Assembly: GCA_027021335.1 (NCBI GenBank) | Contig: JALUUO010000088.1 | Coordinates: 37,916 to 101,915, forward strand | Reading direction: 5' to 3' | Source of the DNA: Nitrospirota bacterium | GTDB taxonomy: Bacteria; Nitrospirota; Thermodesulfovibrionia; SZUA-242 | Length of the DNA: 64,000 nucleotides | Notes under the pieces: generated by a model | Database searches by the model: none | What the model saw: only the letters and a program-made list of their open reading frames with translations | Told to the model about the DNA's origin: nothing | Translations under genes and position numbers: made by a program | In this document: one piece after another, positions 30,340 through 40,318 of the stretch | Layout: each line of letters begins with the position of its first letter | How positions within the stretch are numbered: the stretch's first letter is position 1

Positions 30340-33128
30340 AACAGCCCGAACTAAAGAACTTTAATAGTGCTGAGAACTATGTCAGCCGTTCTTCCCTTCG
30401 CAATCAGTATATTTTGATACTCATGGCCATATCGATTTTGCCAACTATTTTGATGGGCGGACTGCTAATTCGCAGGTCTGAAGTTCAGTTTGAAAAGGAT
30501 GCATATGAAAACGGTATTAACATTTTGCGTCAGGTGCAGAGCGATGTTCAGAGATATATCAATAAGTTACCAAGTGAAGCCTTGATGTTGGCACGTACCT
30601 ACCAGGTTTTGGATTTGATAAAAGACCGTGATGCCCAGAAACCTTCGGCGGACGAAGTGACAATGAACAGCTCGAAAGAAGATGTCCAAGCTCTTTTTAC
30701 AGCATATGCCGAGTCTCATTATGACGTCAGGCAAGTACGGCTGCTTGATACGTCCGGCCACGAGTGGATCAGGGTGAACTCCTTAAATGGAACGGCACAG
30801 GTTGTACCCGAGCATCAACTGCAGGATAAATCTGAAAGATACTATTTTAAAGAAGCGCTTAAACTTAGAAATGGTGAAAGCTATGTTTCGTCCATGGATC
30901 TGAATGTTGAAAATGGTGTTATGTTGTACGATGACCCAATGTTGAGGATAGCTGCTCCTGTATGGGTTGATGGACTGGTACAGGCCGTGGTCGTTATTAA
31001 TAAAACACCGCTTGAGCTGATAGAACACATAGACCGTATTAAGCCAATGGGTTCACTGTTGCTTGCCGACTTATCCGGCAGATATTTTTATCATCCGGAC
31101 CCTTCCAAACGGTGGGGCAGGCAGGGAGCTAATATTTATGAAGATTGGCCGCAATTAAGAAATGCCGTGGATAGTGGAGAGACCAACGTTCGAAGCGGAG
31201 ACAGTTCTATGTTTTTTACAGAGGTTAAGCTGTTTCCAAGCAGAGCGCGAAGAAGTTGGTTGTTAGGGTTGGAATTTGATCGATCGGTTTTTTCAGCTAA
31301 GGCTGAAGACTTTACCGTGGTGATTATTGTATTGATAGTTGGTGTCGGAATAATAGCCCTGTTAACGGCACTTGTCATGGCCTCGTACCTGAGCCGCCCT
31401 GTTACGGCTTTGGCAAATGCTGCCCATCGTTTGCGTCAGGGTGATTTTTCGACGCGTGTGCCTGTAGAGCGCAACAACGAGCTTGGTGATCTTGAGTTAG
31501 CTTTTAATCAGATGGCAGGAGAACTGCAAGAACATACCGATCACCTGGAATCCATGGTTTATGAGCGTACTGAAGAGCTTCTTCAGGCCAATATCGCGGC
31601 CGAGGCAGCCAGCCGGGCAAAAAGCGAGTTTTTGGCAAACATGAGCCACGAGATAAACACACCTATGAACGGTGTTATAGGCATGGCTGAGCTTCTAATG
31701 GAAACCGGTATGACCGGAGAGCAACGTGAGTATATGGAGATGCTGAAGGATTCAGCTGATTCTCTTATGATGATAATCAATGATATCCTGGATTTATCCA
31801 AGATTGAAGCGGGTAAATTTGAAGTGGAAGAATCGGTTTTTGTACTAAGAGACTGTATAGAAGAGGTCATGAAGGCCGGTGAAGTGGAATCACTTAAGAA
31901 GGGACTTGAATTGAACTACGATCTGGCACCTGAACTGCCTGTTTCTGTTGTGGGTGATGCCGGGCTGCTTAAGCAGGTTCTAAATAAGCTGATGGAAAAT
32001 GCAGTTAAGTTTACCGACAAGGGCGGAATCTCTGTTCATGTGAGTCTTCAGGAACGAACCTGTGAAGAAGTTGCTCTGCTTTTCAGAGTGACTGATACAG
32101 GAATAGGTATTGCCAAGGATTATCAAACAATGATATTTGATGTTTTTACACAGGCGGACTCTTCCAGTACGCGTAAATATGGTGGAAACGGACTGGGCCT
32201 TTCTTTATGCTTTCAACTTGTGGGCATGATGAATGGGAAAATATGGGTCGAAAGTGAGGTCGGCAAGGGAAGTACTTTCTTCTTTACCGCACATTTCGGT
32301 CTTCTGCATGAGACAGAGGATGAGAAGGCGGCAGAGTCTGAACATGCACAAGATATTTTGCAGATAAGTAAAAAAAGCCTTGATATTTTGGTGGCCGAAG
32401 ACAATCTTGTTAATCAGCGTCTTACGGCCGGCCTGCTTCAGGGGGCTGGTCATAGGGTTACTATCGCTTCAAACGGCCGGGCTGCGCTCGATATGATCGG
32501 GCAACAAGACTATGATCTTGTTTTTATGGATATCCAGATGCCGGAGATGGATGGATACGAAGCTGTCAGGATCATACGCGAGCAGGAAAGTGGCACTGAA
32601 AGACATATTACTGTTATTGCGCTTACGGCACATGCTATGAAAGGTGATCGTGAGCGCTGTATCGAGGCAGGTATGGATGACTATTTACCAAAGCCACTCA
32701 GGAAAAGGGAGCTTTTTGAAGTTATAGAGAAATATTTCCCGGATACTGTGCAGGAGCAGCCCTCTGAGCCTGTACAGTCAAGTGGCAAGAATGAGGTGAT
32801 CGACAGAGATGGAGCCCTTGCGCTTTTGGATGGAGACGAGGAGCTTCTGGAACAGATATGGGAAGCCTTTATTGAAGACCTTCCAAGGCGGCGTGAGGCA
32901 TTTAAGAAATCTGTGGAAAACAACGATATAGTGCTTTTTGAAAGAGAGGCTCATTCATTAAAAAGTGTGGCCGGCAGTATTGGGGCCGGCTTGCTAAGGG
33001 AGGCGGCAATTCAGGCGGAATTTATGGCTAGAAACGGTATGTTTGAAAAAATATCTTATGCCCATAATGATATTATGCGTGAACTGGATAGTGTTATGAA
33101 TTCTTTGCCCGTGTTTCAGCGTGGATGA
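30336..33128 (+). CDS. Membrane hybrid histidine kinase (Cache-like sensor-HAMP-HisKA-HATPase-REC-Hpt)
   Basis: Two TMs around a periplasmic domain (DKSERYYF), HAMP ([12 protein letters not shown]), [16 protein letters not shown], Hpt AHSLKS. Confidence 0.95.
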   Translation: MKQPELKNFNSAENYVSRSSLRNQYILILMAISILPTILMGGLLIRRSEVQFEKDAYENGINILRQVQSDVQRYINKLPSEALMLARTYQVLDLIKDRDAQKPSADEVTMNSSKEDVQALFTAYAESHYDVRQVRLLDTSGHEWIRVNSLNGTAQVVPEHQLQDKSERYYFKEALKLRNGESYVSSMDLNVENGVMLYDDPMLRIAAPVWVDGLVQAVVVINKTPLELIEHIDRIKPMGSLLLADLSGRYFYHPDPSKRWGRQGANIYEDWPQLRNAVDSGETNVRSGDSSMFFTEVKLFPSRARRSWLLGLEFDRSVFSAKAEDFTVVIIVLIVGVGIIALLTALVMASYLSRPVTALANAAHRLRQGDFSTRVPVERNNELGDLELAFNQMAGELQEHTDHLESMVYERTEELLQANIAAEAASRAKSEFLANMSHEINTPMNGVIGMAELLMETGMTGEQREYMEMLKDSADSLMMIINDILDLSKIEAGKFEVEESVFVLRDCIEEVMKAGEVESLKKGLELNYDLAPELPVSVVGDAGLLKQVLNKLMENAVKFTDKGGISVHVSLQERTCEEVALLFRVTDTGIGIAKDYQTMIFDVFTQADSSSTRKYGGNGLGLSLCFQLVGMMNGKIWVESEVGKGSTFFFTAHFGLLHETEDEKAAESEHAQDILQISKKSLDILVAEDNLVNQRLTAGLLQGAGHRVTIASNGRAALDMIGQQDYDLVFMDIQMPEMDGYEAVRIIREQESGTERHITVIALTAHAMKGDRERCIEAGMDDYLPKPLRKRELFEVIEKYFPDTVQEQPSEPVQSSGKNEVIDRDGALALLDGDEELLEQIWEAFIEDLPRRREAFKKSVENNDIVLFEREAHSLKSVAGSIGAGLLREAAIQAEFMARNGMFEKISYAHNDIMRELDSVMNSLPVFQRG

Positions 33129-33181
33129 GTGGAGAGATGTTTTTTAACCCGGCCGTATAGCTCTAAAAATGGGGGTGTGTT

Positions 33182-33583
33182 ATGAGAATTTTAGTTGTGG
33201 AAGATGAGTTTATTACTCGCAAATTATTGTTGTCGATTCTCTCTATCTATGGAGAATGTGATGTTGCAGTTGACGGAGAAGAAGCTGTGCTGGCTTTTAC
33301 TATGGCCCATGAAGAAAACAGACCGTATGATCTTATCTGCCTGGATATATTGATGCCGAATAAAGACGGTCATCAAGCGCTGAAGGAAATTCGTGAAAAA
33401 GAAAAGGTAAGAGCTATAAAGGGCCCGGATGAGGTGAAAATTCTGATGATGACAGTACTTGGAGACCCGGTAAATGTTTTCGAGGCATACAACAAAGGTG
33501 GTGCTACATCGTATATTGTAAAGCCTGTAGATAAGATAGCATTGATAGAAGAGATACATAAACTCGGACTGCTTGTAAAGTAA
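33182..33583 (+). CDS. Single-domain response regulator (CheY-like)
   Basis: ILVVEDE, LDILMP, YIVKP. Confidence 0.92.
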   Translation: MRILVVEDEFITRKLLLSILSIYGECDVAVDGEEAVLAFTMAHEENRPYDLICLDILMPNKDGHQALKEIREKEKVRAIKGPDEVKILMMTVLGDPVNVFEAYNKGGATSYIVKPVDKIALIEEIHKLGLLVK

Positions 33584-33597
33584 GTATACCCGGAAAT

Positions 33598-34431
33598 ATG
33601 AAAAACTATAAGCTGACGATTGCGCTGAATATAATTACACTTTTTCTGATTTTAGGCTTTACCGGATCTTCAGCTTCGGCAGAATACAAAATCAAATATG
33701 TTGGTTCATCAACCGTTGGAAGATTCATGGAAGATGCTGCGGTAACCTATTCTCATGCAGGCTTTGAGATAAATACCAAGTCCGAAAGCGGTGCTGGGGA
33801 AAGAGCCGTTGCAGCAGGCGAGGTTGATTTGGGAGGTGTGGATGGGGAGGTAAAGCCTGAAATTTTGGATCAAGGTGTAAAACCACACCTTATAGGAAAG
33901 GATGTTATTGCTGTCTGGGTTAATACTGAAAACCCGGTAACCGATCTATCCATAAGTCAGTTGAAAAATATATTTGTTGGAGTGACTGTCAACTGGAAAG
34001 ACCTTGGAGGCCCTGATCTTCCGATCACGGTTTACCTGGTCAAGCCCCGGTCTGCAAACAGGAATATTTTCAGTGATACTGTGCTTGAAGGAGTGCCGTA
34101 TTCAGATGAGGTAAGACAAAGGTTTTCAGGGAAAAATATTCTGAGCCTTCAAGCGGGCTCTGACCTGCTTGACAAGATAGCCAAAGATAAGGGAGGCATT
34201 GGGCCTCTGAGTTTTGCTCTTGGCAACGGACAAACAATGTCCAAACGAGTAAAAAAAGTTGATGTGGACGGACAGATCGCCTCTGTCAGTAATCCGGAAT
34301 ATCCTATTACCAGTCCCATTTATCTTATTACCAACGGTGAACCGAATCCGGCAACCAAGGAATTTTTAGACTGGACGGTTTCTTCGGATGGACAGTCTAT
34401 AATCAAAAGATATTTTATAGGAGTAAAATAA
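33598..34431 (+). CDS. PstS-like periplasmic substrate-binding protein
   Basis: Signal peptide, GSSTV, NPVTDLS..QL..IF.G...NWKDLGGPD, YPI; no ABC permease or ATPase adjacent. Confidence 0.85.
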   Translation: MKNYKLTIALNIITLFLILGFTGSSASAEYKIKYVGSSTVGRFMEDAAVTYSHAGFEINTKSESGAGERAVAAGEVDLGGVDGEVKPEILDQGVKPHLIGKDVIAVWVNTENPVTDLSISQLKNIFVGVTVNWKDLGGPDLPITVYLVKPRSANRNIFSDTVLEGVPYSDEVRQRFSGKNILSLQAGSDLLDKIAKDKGGIGPLSFALGNGQTMSKRVKKVDVDGQIASVSNPEYPITSPIYLITNGEPNPATKEFLDWTVSSDGQSIIKRYFIGVK

Positions 34432-34468
34432 CCTAAGTTGAGACCGATTGAATACAACTTAAAGACTA

Positions 34469-34936
34469 TTGAAAAAAACGATACTAAATGTAGGTGATAT
34501 TGTTGTCTCCAGCGGACCTTCGATTTTAGAGACGATTCTTGGTTCTTGCGTTTCTGTCTGTCTTTGGGATGAACGGTTAAAGATAGGAGGGATGAACCAT
34601 TTCCTTCTGCCGCAAATTAGTACCAATATAAAAGACCCTGCATATTGCGGCTCTGAATCTATAAAAAAACTGGTTGCTGAAACCCTAAAACTGGGAGCCA
34701 GTACACGCCGCCTAAAAGCAAAAATATTCGGGGGATGCAGGGTGATTAATGGATGCGAAAATACTTTTAATGTGGGGGGACAGAATGTCAGGATGGCAAA
34801 AAAAATATTAAATCAGTATGAAATTCCTATTGTCATGGATTTAACCGGAATGGATTACGGTATTAAACTGGTTTTTTATCCGGTTACAGGAAGAGCGTTT
34901 GTGAAAAAGATAGAATCTTTACCTGGGTCTGTTTAG
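34469..34936 (+). CDS. cheD: Chemoreceptor glutamine deamidase CheD
   Basis: TILGSCVSVCLWD, GGMNHFLLP, AKIFGG, NVG..N. Confidence 0.92.
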   Translation: MKKTILNVGDIVVSSGPSILETILGSCVSVCLWDERLKIGGMNHFLLPQISTNIKDPAYCGSESIKKLVAETLKLGASTRRLKAKIFGGCRVINGCENTFNVGGQNVRMAKKILNQYEIPIVMDLTGMDYGIKLVFYPVTGRAFVKKIESLPGSV

Positions 34937-35283
34937 TTATGAAGCAGTTGATATGATTAAGTTTTAGTGGCTTTCCTGCTCAATCTGTCTTTCAATCATA
35001 AATATATGGATATAAAGTTTTAAAAAACCGGCTTAACCTTGTTCTGGACTTGCAGAATAGAATACTGGAATCCTGGAAGTATAAACAGTTATAATAAAAA
35101 CTACCTAGATGTTTAGGTTGAAGGCTGTTTTAGTAGAAAAATATTATCTAAACCAATAATACTATGCGCTATGCGCAAATTCCTGCGCGACTCATCAGGC
35201 TTTCTGTCTTCAGCCTAAATTAAAAATATCTAACTTGCTGCTGTAGTTAATTCTAAAAAACTATTTTGCCTGGAGGTGTAAAT

Positions 35284-35487
35284 ATGCCTGTCTATGAATA
35301 TAAATGCGAAGACTGTAATAACAACTTTTCTGTGCTTCAAAGCATGAAAGCCGATGAAAAAGGTTCCGTCTGTACAAAGTGTGGCAGTTCCAATGTAAGA
35401 AAAAAGATATCCTCATTTTCCTGTTGCAACTCCTCTGCCGGACTTGGCGGTGGAACACCACCAATGGGTACAACAGGCGGAACTTGA
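35284..35487 (+). CDS. FmdB-family zinc-ribbon protein
   Basis: MPVYEYKCEDC...CTKCGS; GGAGG RBS before ATG 35284. Confidence 0.9.
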   Translation: MPVYEYKCEDCNNNFSVLQSMKADEKGSVCTKCGSSNVRKKISSFSCCNSSAGLGGGTPPMGTTGGT

Positions 35488-35559
35488 GGCATCTCTAGCT
35501 GCTGAACAGTTGTTCAGTAAAAAGTAAAAAGGCCCTGTTTTGGAGAATTAGTTAATTAA

Positions 35560-36969
35560 ATGTTTAGGCAACATTTCAGGCTGGTCAAGTGGGGTCTTTA
35601 TGCCGGTGATATGCTGGCAACAAGCGCCTCTTTTTACCTGGCCTACTCTATACGTGCTACATTGGCCGGCGGTGACGGCTCTGTCTTTCCTTTTGAGCGC
35701 TACCGTTTTGTCTTTTTAATCATTCTGCCTGTATGGTCGATCTTGTTATCTTACTTCGGGCTGTATAAGTCGCAGAGGTTTAGGCCTATTAGAAGCGAGT
35801 TATGGACTATTACCAAAGCGGCTGTTTTAGGAGGTTTGGTTCTAAATACAGCCCTTTTCGGCCTGAAGGTAGAGTTTATAAGTCGTTTAATGGTTGTTGT
35901 ATTTGGGCTTTCGAACATTTTTCTTCTGTTTTTGTGGCGTGCAACAGTGCGCTTGATAGCGAATTATGTAAGAAGCCAGGATTACAACTATAAAAATATA
36001 CTGCTGGTCTGTACGGATGAGAAGGGCAAGGAGCTGGTTGAAATTATCGAGAATCACAAGACATGGGGCCTCAATTTAGTTGGTGTTGCCAGTGATAGTA
36101 GGACTTCCGGAACGTTATTTGGCTACCCTATACTGGGAAGTATCAACGAGATTCCTCAAATTATACACAAACAACCTGTAGACGAAGTTATGTTCTGCCT
36201 GCCAAAAAGCATGCTTGATGAGCTTGAAGACCTGTTTTTGCTTCTGGAAGATGAAGGAATTAATGCGAGGGTTATACTGAACTTCTTTCCGCATATTGTT
36301 TCAAGGGTTCAGCTTGATGAGTTGCATGGCATTCCGTTTTTGACATTTACGACGGTTCCCACGGATGAGTTCATGTTGACCGTAAAAAGGGCGCTTGATT
36401 TACTTATATCCTTTTTGCTGCTGGTTTTTCTTTCACCTTTGCTACTTGTAACTGCTGTTCTGGTCAAGGTTACATCGCCCGGGCCTGTTTTATTCAAGCA
36501 GGAACGTATAGGTCTGCATGGCCGAAAGTTCATACTTTATAAATTCAGATCCATGTACAAAGATGCTGAGAAGAGAAAGAGAGCGCTTCTTGAAAGAAAT
36601 GAGATGGATGGTCCGGTCTTCAAAATGAAGAACGATCCACGAATAACACCTTTGGGAAGGTTTTTGAGGAGATCAAGCATCGATGAGCTTTTACAGCTAT
36701 GGAATGTGTTAAAGGGGGATATGAGTATAGTCGGTCCGAGGCCTCCTTTGCCCGGCGAAGTTGAACAGTATGAACGCTGGCAGAGACGCAGGTTGAGTAT
36801 GAAACCCGGCCTTACGTGTCTGTGGCAAATCAGCGGTAGAAACAAAATAGGTTTTAAAGACTGGATCAAGCTGGACCTGCAGTACATCGATAATTGGAGC
36901 CTGCTTCTTGACTGTAAAATATTCTTGAAAACAATACCTGTTGTTCTTTTAGGCAGAGGAGCCGGATAA
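35560..36969 (+). CDS. Priming polyprenyl-phosphate hexose-1-P transferase (WcaJ/CpsE family)
   Basis: N-terminal TMs, KRALD, YKFRSM, DPRITPLGRFLR..SIDEL.QL.NV..GDMSIVGPRP, KPGLT. Confidence 0.93.
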   Translation: MFRQHFRLVKWGLYAGDMLATSASFYLAYSIRATLAGGDGSVFPFERYRFVFLIILPVWSILLSYFGLYKSQRFRPIRSELWTITKAAVLGGLVLNTALFGLKVEFISRLMVVVFGLSNIFLLFLWRATVRLIANYVRSQDYNYKNILLVCTDEKGKELVEIIENHKTWGLNLVGVASDSRTSGTLFGYPILGSINEIPQIIHKQPVDEVMFCLPKSMLDELEDLFLLLEDEGINARVILNFFPHIVSRVQLDELHGIPFLTFTTVPTDEFMLTVKRALDLLISFLLLVFLSPLLLVTAVLVKVTSPGPVLFKQERIGLHGRKFILYKFRSMYKDAEKRKRALLERNEMDGPVFKMKNDPRITPLGRFLRRSSIDELLQLWNVLKGDMSIVGPRPPLPGEVEQYERWQRRRLSMKPGLTCLWQISGRNKIGFKDWIKLDLQYIDNWSLLLDCKIFLKTIPVVLLGRGAG

Positions 36970-37105
36970 TAATTGCCGGCCATAAACTGTTTTAACAAAG
37001 ATCTCGGTTTAAGCTTTATCATTTGAATTTTTACAATACACTCACGCTGTACGTCAATCTCAAGTCTTCAACTTACAGCCTAAAATCCCTAAAATGGAGG
37101 ATACT

Positions 37106-38398
37106 ATGTCGGACTTAAAAAAAATGTATAAAACCATGATGGATGATCATTTTCCTGACGAGATGTCAATATCCTTTGGTGAACAGCTGCTTATCTACAG
37201 GAAGAGAGTTTGGAAACTTCCTGACGCCGGTACAGGAGAATTGATAGAAAAGGGGCTTCGTTATGGTGAAAATCCCGGGCAGGAAGCGGCTCTGTATGAG
37301 TTGGTTGGTGGTAATTTGCAGCTTGGAGATTGCAAGTTCATTGCGCCGGGAAGCGGTCTTGTAAGTGCGATAAACGAAAATGATATGATCCAGGCCGGCA
37401 AGCATCCTGGCAAAACCAACCTGACGGATATTGACAATGGTCTTAATATTTTAAAATACCTAACCGGCAAGCCTGCTGCTGTTATTCTCAAACATAACAA
37501 TCCATGCGGCGCAGCGCAGGCGGACGATCTTGTAGAAGCATTCAGCCGTGCCAATATGGCTGACCGTATCGCGGCTTTTGGGGGTGCTCTCATCGTCAAC
37601 CGCCCGATGGATAAAAACACTGCCAAACTGGCAGCAGAAAATTATCTTGAGGTTGTGGCGGCGCCTGAATTTGAGGAAGGCGTGGTGGATATTCTGATAA
37701 AGCGTAAAAATCTTAGAATTATAAAGATCAGTCGGATCGACAGGCTCAGAGAGTATGCCACAAAGCGATTTTTGGATTTTAAGAGTTTGATAGATGGCGG
37801 AATTATTGTACAGCAGTCACCTCTTAACAGGATTCTGGGCAGAGATGATTTTATGCCGGCCGAGACTGTGTCCAAAGGGAAAAAATATAAAACCGAGCGA
37901 ATGCCTACTGACCGGGAATACGACGATATGCTGTTTGGGTGGTCTGTTGAGCAGGGGGTTACATCGAACTCCGTGATTTATGTGAAAGACGGAGTAACTG
38001 TCGGCATAGGCACAGGTGAACAGGACCGGGTAGGAGTGGCCGAAATAGCAGTGCTTAAGGCCTATACTAAATACTCAGATGCTCTTTGTTTTAAAAAGTA
38101 CGGTATTCCTTATAAAGCTTTTGAACTTGAAGCGGCTCAGGGCAAGAGAGACAGAGGTAGCCTTGATGAGATAGATCAGGAGACGAAACAAAATCATGGC
38201 GGACTTATCGGTTCTGTCATGGTGTCCGACGCCTTTTTCCCGTTCAGGGATGGTGTTGATGTGGGCATAAAAGAAGGGGTATCGGCTATAGTGCATCCGG
38301 GTGGATCAGAGCGGGACTTCGAATCTATAGAGGCATGTAACGAGGCAGATCCCAAAGTTGCCATGGTTTTTACCGGTCAACGGGCTTTCAGGCATTAG
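37106..38398 (+). CDS. Stand-alone PurH C-terminal (AICAR transformylase) domain
   Basis: LRYGENPGQ, KHNNPCG, AFGG, SNS, SDAFFPFRDG, FTGQRAFRH; lacks the MGS domain; GGAGG RBS favours ATG 37106. Confidence 0.92.
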   Translation: MSDLKKMYKTMMDDHFPDEMSISFGEQLLIYRKRVWKLPDAGTGELIEKGLRYGENPGQEAALYELVGGNLQLGDCKFIAPGSGLVSAINENDMIQAGKHPGKTNLTDIDNGLNILKYLTGKPAAVILKHNNPCGAAQADDLVEAFSRANMADRIAAFGGALIVNRPMDKNTAKLAAENYLEVVAAPEFEEGVVDILIKRKNLRIIKISRIDRLREYATKRFLDFKSLIDGGIIVQQSPLNRILGRDDFMPAETVSKGKKYKTERMPTDREYDDMLFGWSVEQGVTSNSVIYVKDGVTVGIGTGEQDRVGVAEIAVLKAYTKYSDALCFKKYGIPYKAFELEAAQGKRDRGSLDEIDQETKQNHGGLIGSVMVSDAFFPFRDGVDVGIKEGVSAIVHPGGSERDFESIEACNEADPKVAMVFTGQRAFRH

Positions 38399-38404
38399 GT
38401 CGAT

Positions 38405-40084
38405 ATGAAGCATACGGTAGAAAATGCAATACTTGGGGCTGTCGAGACGCTTCTTAAAACAAAGTGGGAAATAAGCGAGCTTCCCCGTTTCGAGGTGGAA
38501 GCGCCAAAAAATGAAGCCCACGGTGATTTGGCAACAAATCTGGCCATGCTTCTGGCCAGGCCTCTTAAGAGAGCACCCCGCCGGATCGCTGAAGAGATTG
38601 TTGAAGAAATCACCGGGAACTCTTCTGATCTTTTCGAATCTGTTCAGATAGCCGGACCCGGCTTTATAAACTTCCGCTTTAGCAATGCTTTCTGGCATGA
38701 AAACCTATATAAAATCCTTCACAAAGACCGCTTGTATCTTAGGCGCAACATTGGTGAGGGCAGAAGGGTGCAGGTTGAGTTTGTCTCTGCGAACCCGACC
38801 GGCCCGCTTCATATCGGGCACGGCAGGGGGGCGGCTGTCGGACTTGCCCTTTCAAACCTATTGGAGGCTGCGGGATATAAGGTCGAACGCGAATTCTACA
38901 TCAACGATGCCGGCCGCCAGGTGGGACTGTTGGGTCTTTCTGTCTATGTGCGCTACCAACAGGTCTTGGGTTCAAAAATTGAGCTTCCGGAAAACGCCTA
39001 TCAAGGTGACTATATAGGCGAGGCAGCAGAGGCGCTCATAGCCGAAATAGGAAAGAAATACCTGGATGTTCCATTTGATAAGTGCGGAGAGGATATTACG
39101 GACTGGTCATATAGGCGTATGCTGGCCGAGATCAAGACGGATCTCGAGAATTTTGGAATCCGATTTGATAGTTGGAAGAGCGAAAAGTCTTTGTATGCGG
39201 CTAACGAGGTGCAAAATGCTCTGGATGCACTAAAAGAAAAGGGATATCTTTACGAACATGACCGGGCTTTATGGTTCAAATCAAGTTCTTTTCAAGATGA
39301 TGACAAGGATCGTGTCGTGGTCAAACAGGATGGTGAGTACACATATTTCGCCTCGGACATTGCATATCACAAGGACAAGCTCGATCGTGGTTATGACTAT
39401 ATAATAGATATCTGGGGAGCTGACCATCACGGATATATTGCCCGAATCAGCGCTGTTTTGCAGGCGTTTGGTTACGATAAGGATAGATTCCAGGTTATCC
39501 TGGTGCAGATTGTAAGTCTGCTCAGAAAGGGGCTGCCTGTTAAGATGTCCAAACGTTCGGGTGAGTTTATAACACTACGTGAGGTTGTGGATGAGGTCGG
39601 CGCTGATATAACCAAGTTTATATTTCTTACTCGGCGTTCAGATAGCCACCTGGACTTCGATATCGAGACAGCCAAGCAGCAGTCGTCTGAAAATCCGGTT
39701 TTTTACGTGCAGTATGCGCACGCACGCATAAACAGTATATTTAGACAGGCCCCGGCCAAGGGCTTCAGCAACGTGGATCGCAACAACATGCAGGACATAG
39801 ATGTCTCACGCCTTACAGAGCCTGAAGAACTGGGGTTGATAAGGAAGCTTTGCACCTATCCAATGATCTTTGAAGCTGCTGCGCGAGCCTACGAGCCTCA
39901 TAGAATAACATTCTATCTTCAGGAGCTTGCCGGGCTTTTTCATTCGTATTACCGAAAACACCGTATCCTGGTGGAGGACGACCGCGAGCAGGCCCTTGCC
40001 AGGATGACACTTGCCAGGGCTGTCGAGATCGTTCTTCACGAAGGGCTTACGATACTCGGTGTTCAGGCTCCGGAGAAGATGTGA
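38405..40084 (+). CDS. argS: Arginine--tRNA ligase
   Basis: VEFVSANPTGPLHIGHGR, WGADHHGY, KMSKR, YVQYAHAR, C-terminal PEKM. Confidence 0.99.
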   Translation: MKHTVENAILGAVETLLKTKWEISELPRFEVEAPKNEAHGDLATNLAMLLARPLKRAPRRIAEEIVEEITGNSSDLFESVQIAGPGFINFRFSNAFWHENLYKILHKDRLYLRRNIGEGRRVQVEFVSANPTGPLHIGHGRGAAVGLALSNLLEAAGYKVEREFYINDAGRQVGLLGLSVYVRYQQVLGSKIELPENAYQGDYIGEAAEALIAEIGKKYLDVPFDKCGEDITDWSYRRMLAEIKTDLENFGIRFDSWKSEKSLYAANEVQNALDALKEKGYLYEHDRALWFKSSSFQDDDKDRVVVKQDGEYTYFASDIAYHKDKLDRGYDYIIDIWGADHHGYIARISAVLQAFGYDKDRFQVILVQIVSLLRKGLPVKMSKRSGEFITLREVVDEVGADITKFIFLTRRSDSHLDFDIETAKQQSSENPVFYVQYAHARINSIFRQAPAKGFSNVDRNNMQDIDVSRLTEPEELGLIRKLCTYPMIFEAAARAYEPHRITFYLQELAGLFHSYYRKHRILVEDDREQALARMTLARAVEIVLHEGLTILGVQAPEKM

Positions 40085-40173
40085 GCGTACCTGTTTGAAC
40101 TTCTAAAGACGGATGGAGGGCGCCTGAGTTTTGAGTGATCATATTGTCACTTTTTCGAGTCGTTCCTTACGCT

Positions 40174-40239
40174 AAAGGTCCAGTTCACTTTATGCGACAC
40201 AACGAAAAGACAATGCCACCTGTCCGGGATCTGATCCAT
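40174..40239 (-). mobile_element. Second fragment of the same IS5-family transposase
   Basis: Near-identical to 1245-1310 (GTTCACTTTATGCGA.ACAACGAAAAGACAATGCC.CCT.TCC.GGATCTGATCCA); encodes DQIPDRWHCLFVVSHKVNWTF. Confidence 0.85.
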
Positions 40240-40318
40240 AGTTATGTGCTTTAACATAACGACTTGTAAGTAAAGGTTAAAAAGCTGTCTGCCACATGCA
40301 ACCGGCTTTGAATATGCC

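Noticed and set aside
34424-34450. Possible sigma28 promoter before cheD (TAAA-N15-ACCGATTG)
   Set aside because: The -10 element has three mismatches and the -35 element lies inside the upstream CDS
36970-37105. ZTP riboswitch before the purH half, or a purine riboswitch before the NCS2 permease (28179-28368)
   Set aside because: No consensus stems or motifs were recognisable by eye; an Rfam/Infernal scan would settle it
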